NCBI RefSeq assembly: GCF_006345805.1
Contig: NW_021828014.1
Coordinates: 1-9,209, forward strand
Source: Octopus sinensis
Lineage: Eukaryota
Length of the DNA stretch: 9,209 nt
Direction: 5' to 3'
Shown: positions 7,020 to 9,209 of the stretch, piece by piece
Layout: each line of letters begins with the position of its first letter
Position numbering within the stretch: position 1 is the stretch's first letter
Notes under the pieces: generated by a model
The model's database searches: none
Seen by the model: the letters and a program-made list of their open reading frames with translations, nothing else
Told to the model about the DNA's origin: nothing
Program-made: the position numbers and the translations under genes

Positions 7020-8545
7020 GACATTGAATATAAATTTCGAAGAGGCACCAATGCGCATTCGTTAACCTTTGTGCCAGTAATTTGGTCACGGAAATAATTT
7101 ACTGGAACCTTTGATGTAAGTGCTCATATGGTGCGGAAATCACAGCAACTGAGCAAAGAAGAGGCTATTTTGGCTCATCCTGACCCAAGGAAAGGTACGT
7201 CCCGGGACGTCAGAATCGGAGGAATATTCACGTGTTTGTCCAGCTAAAAAGGAAATTGTTACTGTAATTGAGAACGGATTAAAAGTCCACCGACTAAAAT
7301 AGCCATTGCTTGTGAATCTTCAGAAATAGTTTTGTGTGGATTACAAGGAAAACGCTGGATATAATAAGGTAGATTTTTGTAAGTTTTATGAATTGCAACT
7401 GAAATGAACGGATAATACAATTGTATGAGTCGGAGGAATATTCGCTTCTTTGTGACTTGCAACCAAAATGCTGTGTTCAAGTTACTACCTCAGGCACGCA
7501 TTCTGTATGTGTCTGTGAGAATCACCAACATGCAAAACGTATCGCCGCTGCCATTCCTGGTAGTCATGACTACACAGACTTGCTTGGCAAAATGGTCTCT
7601 TCCGTGAGCAATCGAGATTGTATGTTGCTCCTATGTGAGTCCTGTCCTTTTGAACAACGTTTATTAGACGTATTTTAATCACTTGGAGGTTTAGTAACGC
7701 ACAAACAGTTGGCACATGTGGACTGGTCAGCTCCTCCTTTATGACTCACTTCCCCAGTGAATGCCTTCATTCAAACCGCTGAAAGTGTGTTTGAATCTCT
7801 ACAACAACATCATTTCATAGCAGAGGCCCGATCTTGTTTCCTTAATCATCAAAAAGATGACCTGACATCAAGTGAAGCAATAGTATTGTTGGACTTTACA
7901 GAAAATTACAGCTTTGTAGTACAGGACGCCCTGCAAGGGTTTCATCGGAACAAATTCCAGTAAAATATTCATCCATTCGTGATTTACTATAAGACTGGTT
8001 CAAACCCACAATGCACTTCAATCTGTGTCATATCGGATTGTTTGAAACGTGACAACCACATTGTGCATGCTTTTATTACGAGGGTGATATCGCATATAAA
8101 GACAGAACTTCCATTCATAAACCATCTCCTGTACTTCAGTGACGGTGCAGCCGACCAATACAAGAACTAGAGACACCAAACAAATCTCTGTCATCATCAG
8201 AATGATCAAGGACTTGCAGTAGAGTGGCATTTTTCTCCATGTCATGTGCAAAAAAGTCTACAAGTAGCCACAGAAAGACATTTTCTCACGGATCCCAAGG
8301 TGTGTAGCTGAGTATGTGCAAGCATTCCAGGAATAATGTTCTTTTACGTCCGAAACGAAAACAGTAGAACAGTGAAATTAATTGGCACAAGATCCCATCA
8401 CTGCTTCATTCTTTCTTCAAGATCTGATCTTCTAATGAAAAGAATATCAGCCGATGACAATTTCACTCTTTTAGGTGAGGAGCAGCCAGCATCTGAGCTG
8501 CATATTTCAAAGTTACAACCCTGAAAATATGTTGGATACACGAAT
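7020..8545 (+). mobile_element. Fossil cut-and-paste DNA transposase, Sola2-like
   Basis: Colinear fragments: WSRK*...PDPRKG, ESEEYSRVCPAKKE...ELQLK, SGTHSVCVCENHQ, CMLLLCESCP, LLDFTENYSFVVQDALQGFH (D at 7892), IHPFVIYY, ISDCLKRD, YFSDGAADQYKN (D at 8141), EWHF and GTRSHHCF. It carries multiple stops and deletions, and the expected HGKxxxD third acidic motif is missing. The Sola2 label is from remembered motifs. No TIRs were found. Confidence 0.8.
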
Positions 8546-8548
8546 GAA

Positions 8549-9209
8549 AATGTTTAACAAAGAGATCAAGTGAGCAGGTTTATTCTACGTGAAGTGTCTG
8601 TCATGTGTTTATGGTAAGATCATTGATGACCAAACTGGTTGCCATCGGAATTAAGCAAAGATGAGAATAATGTTGGTTAGAGAAGGGCAGAAGTGAGGGC
8701 ACAATTTCACGTCATATGTTTAGTGCAGATATAAGAAAGGAAAGACAAACCTAATAAAAGATTGGTGTTATCAAGTGATAATTAAATGAAATAATGACAC
8801 AGTTGTTAGATTATGTCGAATGTCTCAAAAGATAAAGGAAATTTTGGAAGACTGTAAATATTAAACTATTAAATAGTAATCCTGTTCAAACTATAAACAT
8901 TCTAACCAAAATTATTGTCTTCAACAGTTGATTATGTATGAAAAGAATCCCTGATATAAAATATAGATTATTAATAAAGATGGAGAAATTTTTCTATAAT
9001 GTTTGAAACTTGGAAATATTTATTTCAGTGAATCGAACATTTGAAGTCAAGGAAACACAGACATTGGCTGAACCTGTTGGTGAGTATAAAATAACAGCAC
9101 TTGATTGATTTCTGTAAGGTTTATCCCCTGCTGAACTATTTTGATATCAGAATGATAAAGATCAGCTTCCATTCTTACCTGTCAATGGGAAGTTTTAGCA
9201 TTAAACTAA
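8549..9209 (+). repeat. Tandem segmental unit 3, right part (runs off window end)
   Basis: Homology to unit 1 resumes at AATGTTTAACAAA (8549 vs 2408). AGATATAAG.AAGGAAA..AAACCTA is shared with about 2552-2588. GGTGAGTATAAAATAACA is identical at 9079-9096 and 4637-4654. Confidence 0.85.
9029..9079 (+). CDS. Mini-exon C (51 nt, phase 1/1), (V)NRTFEVKETQTLAEPV
   Basis: Acceptor TTTATTTCAG| (9028) and donor G|GTGAGT (9080). Length is divisible by 3 and the frame is open and continuous with exon B. Confidence 0.8.

Noticed and set aside
2876-9096. Repeat-spacer or CRISPR-like interpretation of recurring motifs
   Set aside because: The repeats are kilobases apart, imperfect and flanked by splice sites in eukaryotic DNA, and there are no cas-like ORFs.

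Overview
This is AT-rich eukaryotic genomic DNA, not prokaryotic. The repeat families resemble those I recall from Octopus/cephalopod genomes, which is recognition from memory and not a database result. The ORF track shows only microsatellite ORFs and transposon debris. Reading splice signals reveals part of a + strand spliced gene. It has a C3HC4 RING-finger exon of the Mind bomb/IAP-like type (1634-1771, two 1-bp deletions as written). This is followed by three paralogous phase-1/phase-1 mini-exons (2876-2920, 4566-4637, 9029-9079), each lying in a tandemly duplicated intron+exon unit. Each mini-exon encodes one F-x-x-K-x-[VT]-Q-T peptide (KGVQT, KGVQT, KETQT) matching the LC8/DYNLL dynein light chain anchor motif. 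The introns hold decayed mobile elements: a CR1-group LINE 3' end, a tRNA-derived SINE in an (AT)n tract, two RTE-type 3' tails, two back-to-back RTE reverse-transcriptase fragments (one with a PHD-like Zn finger) and a fossil Sola2-like transposase.
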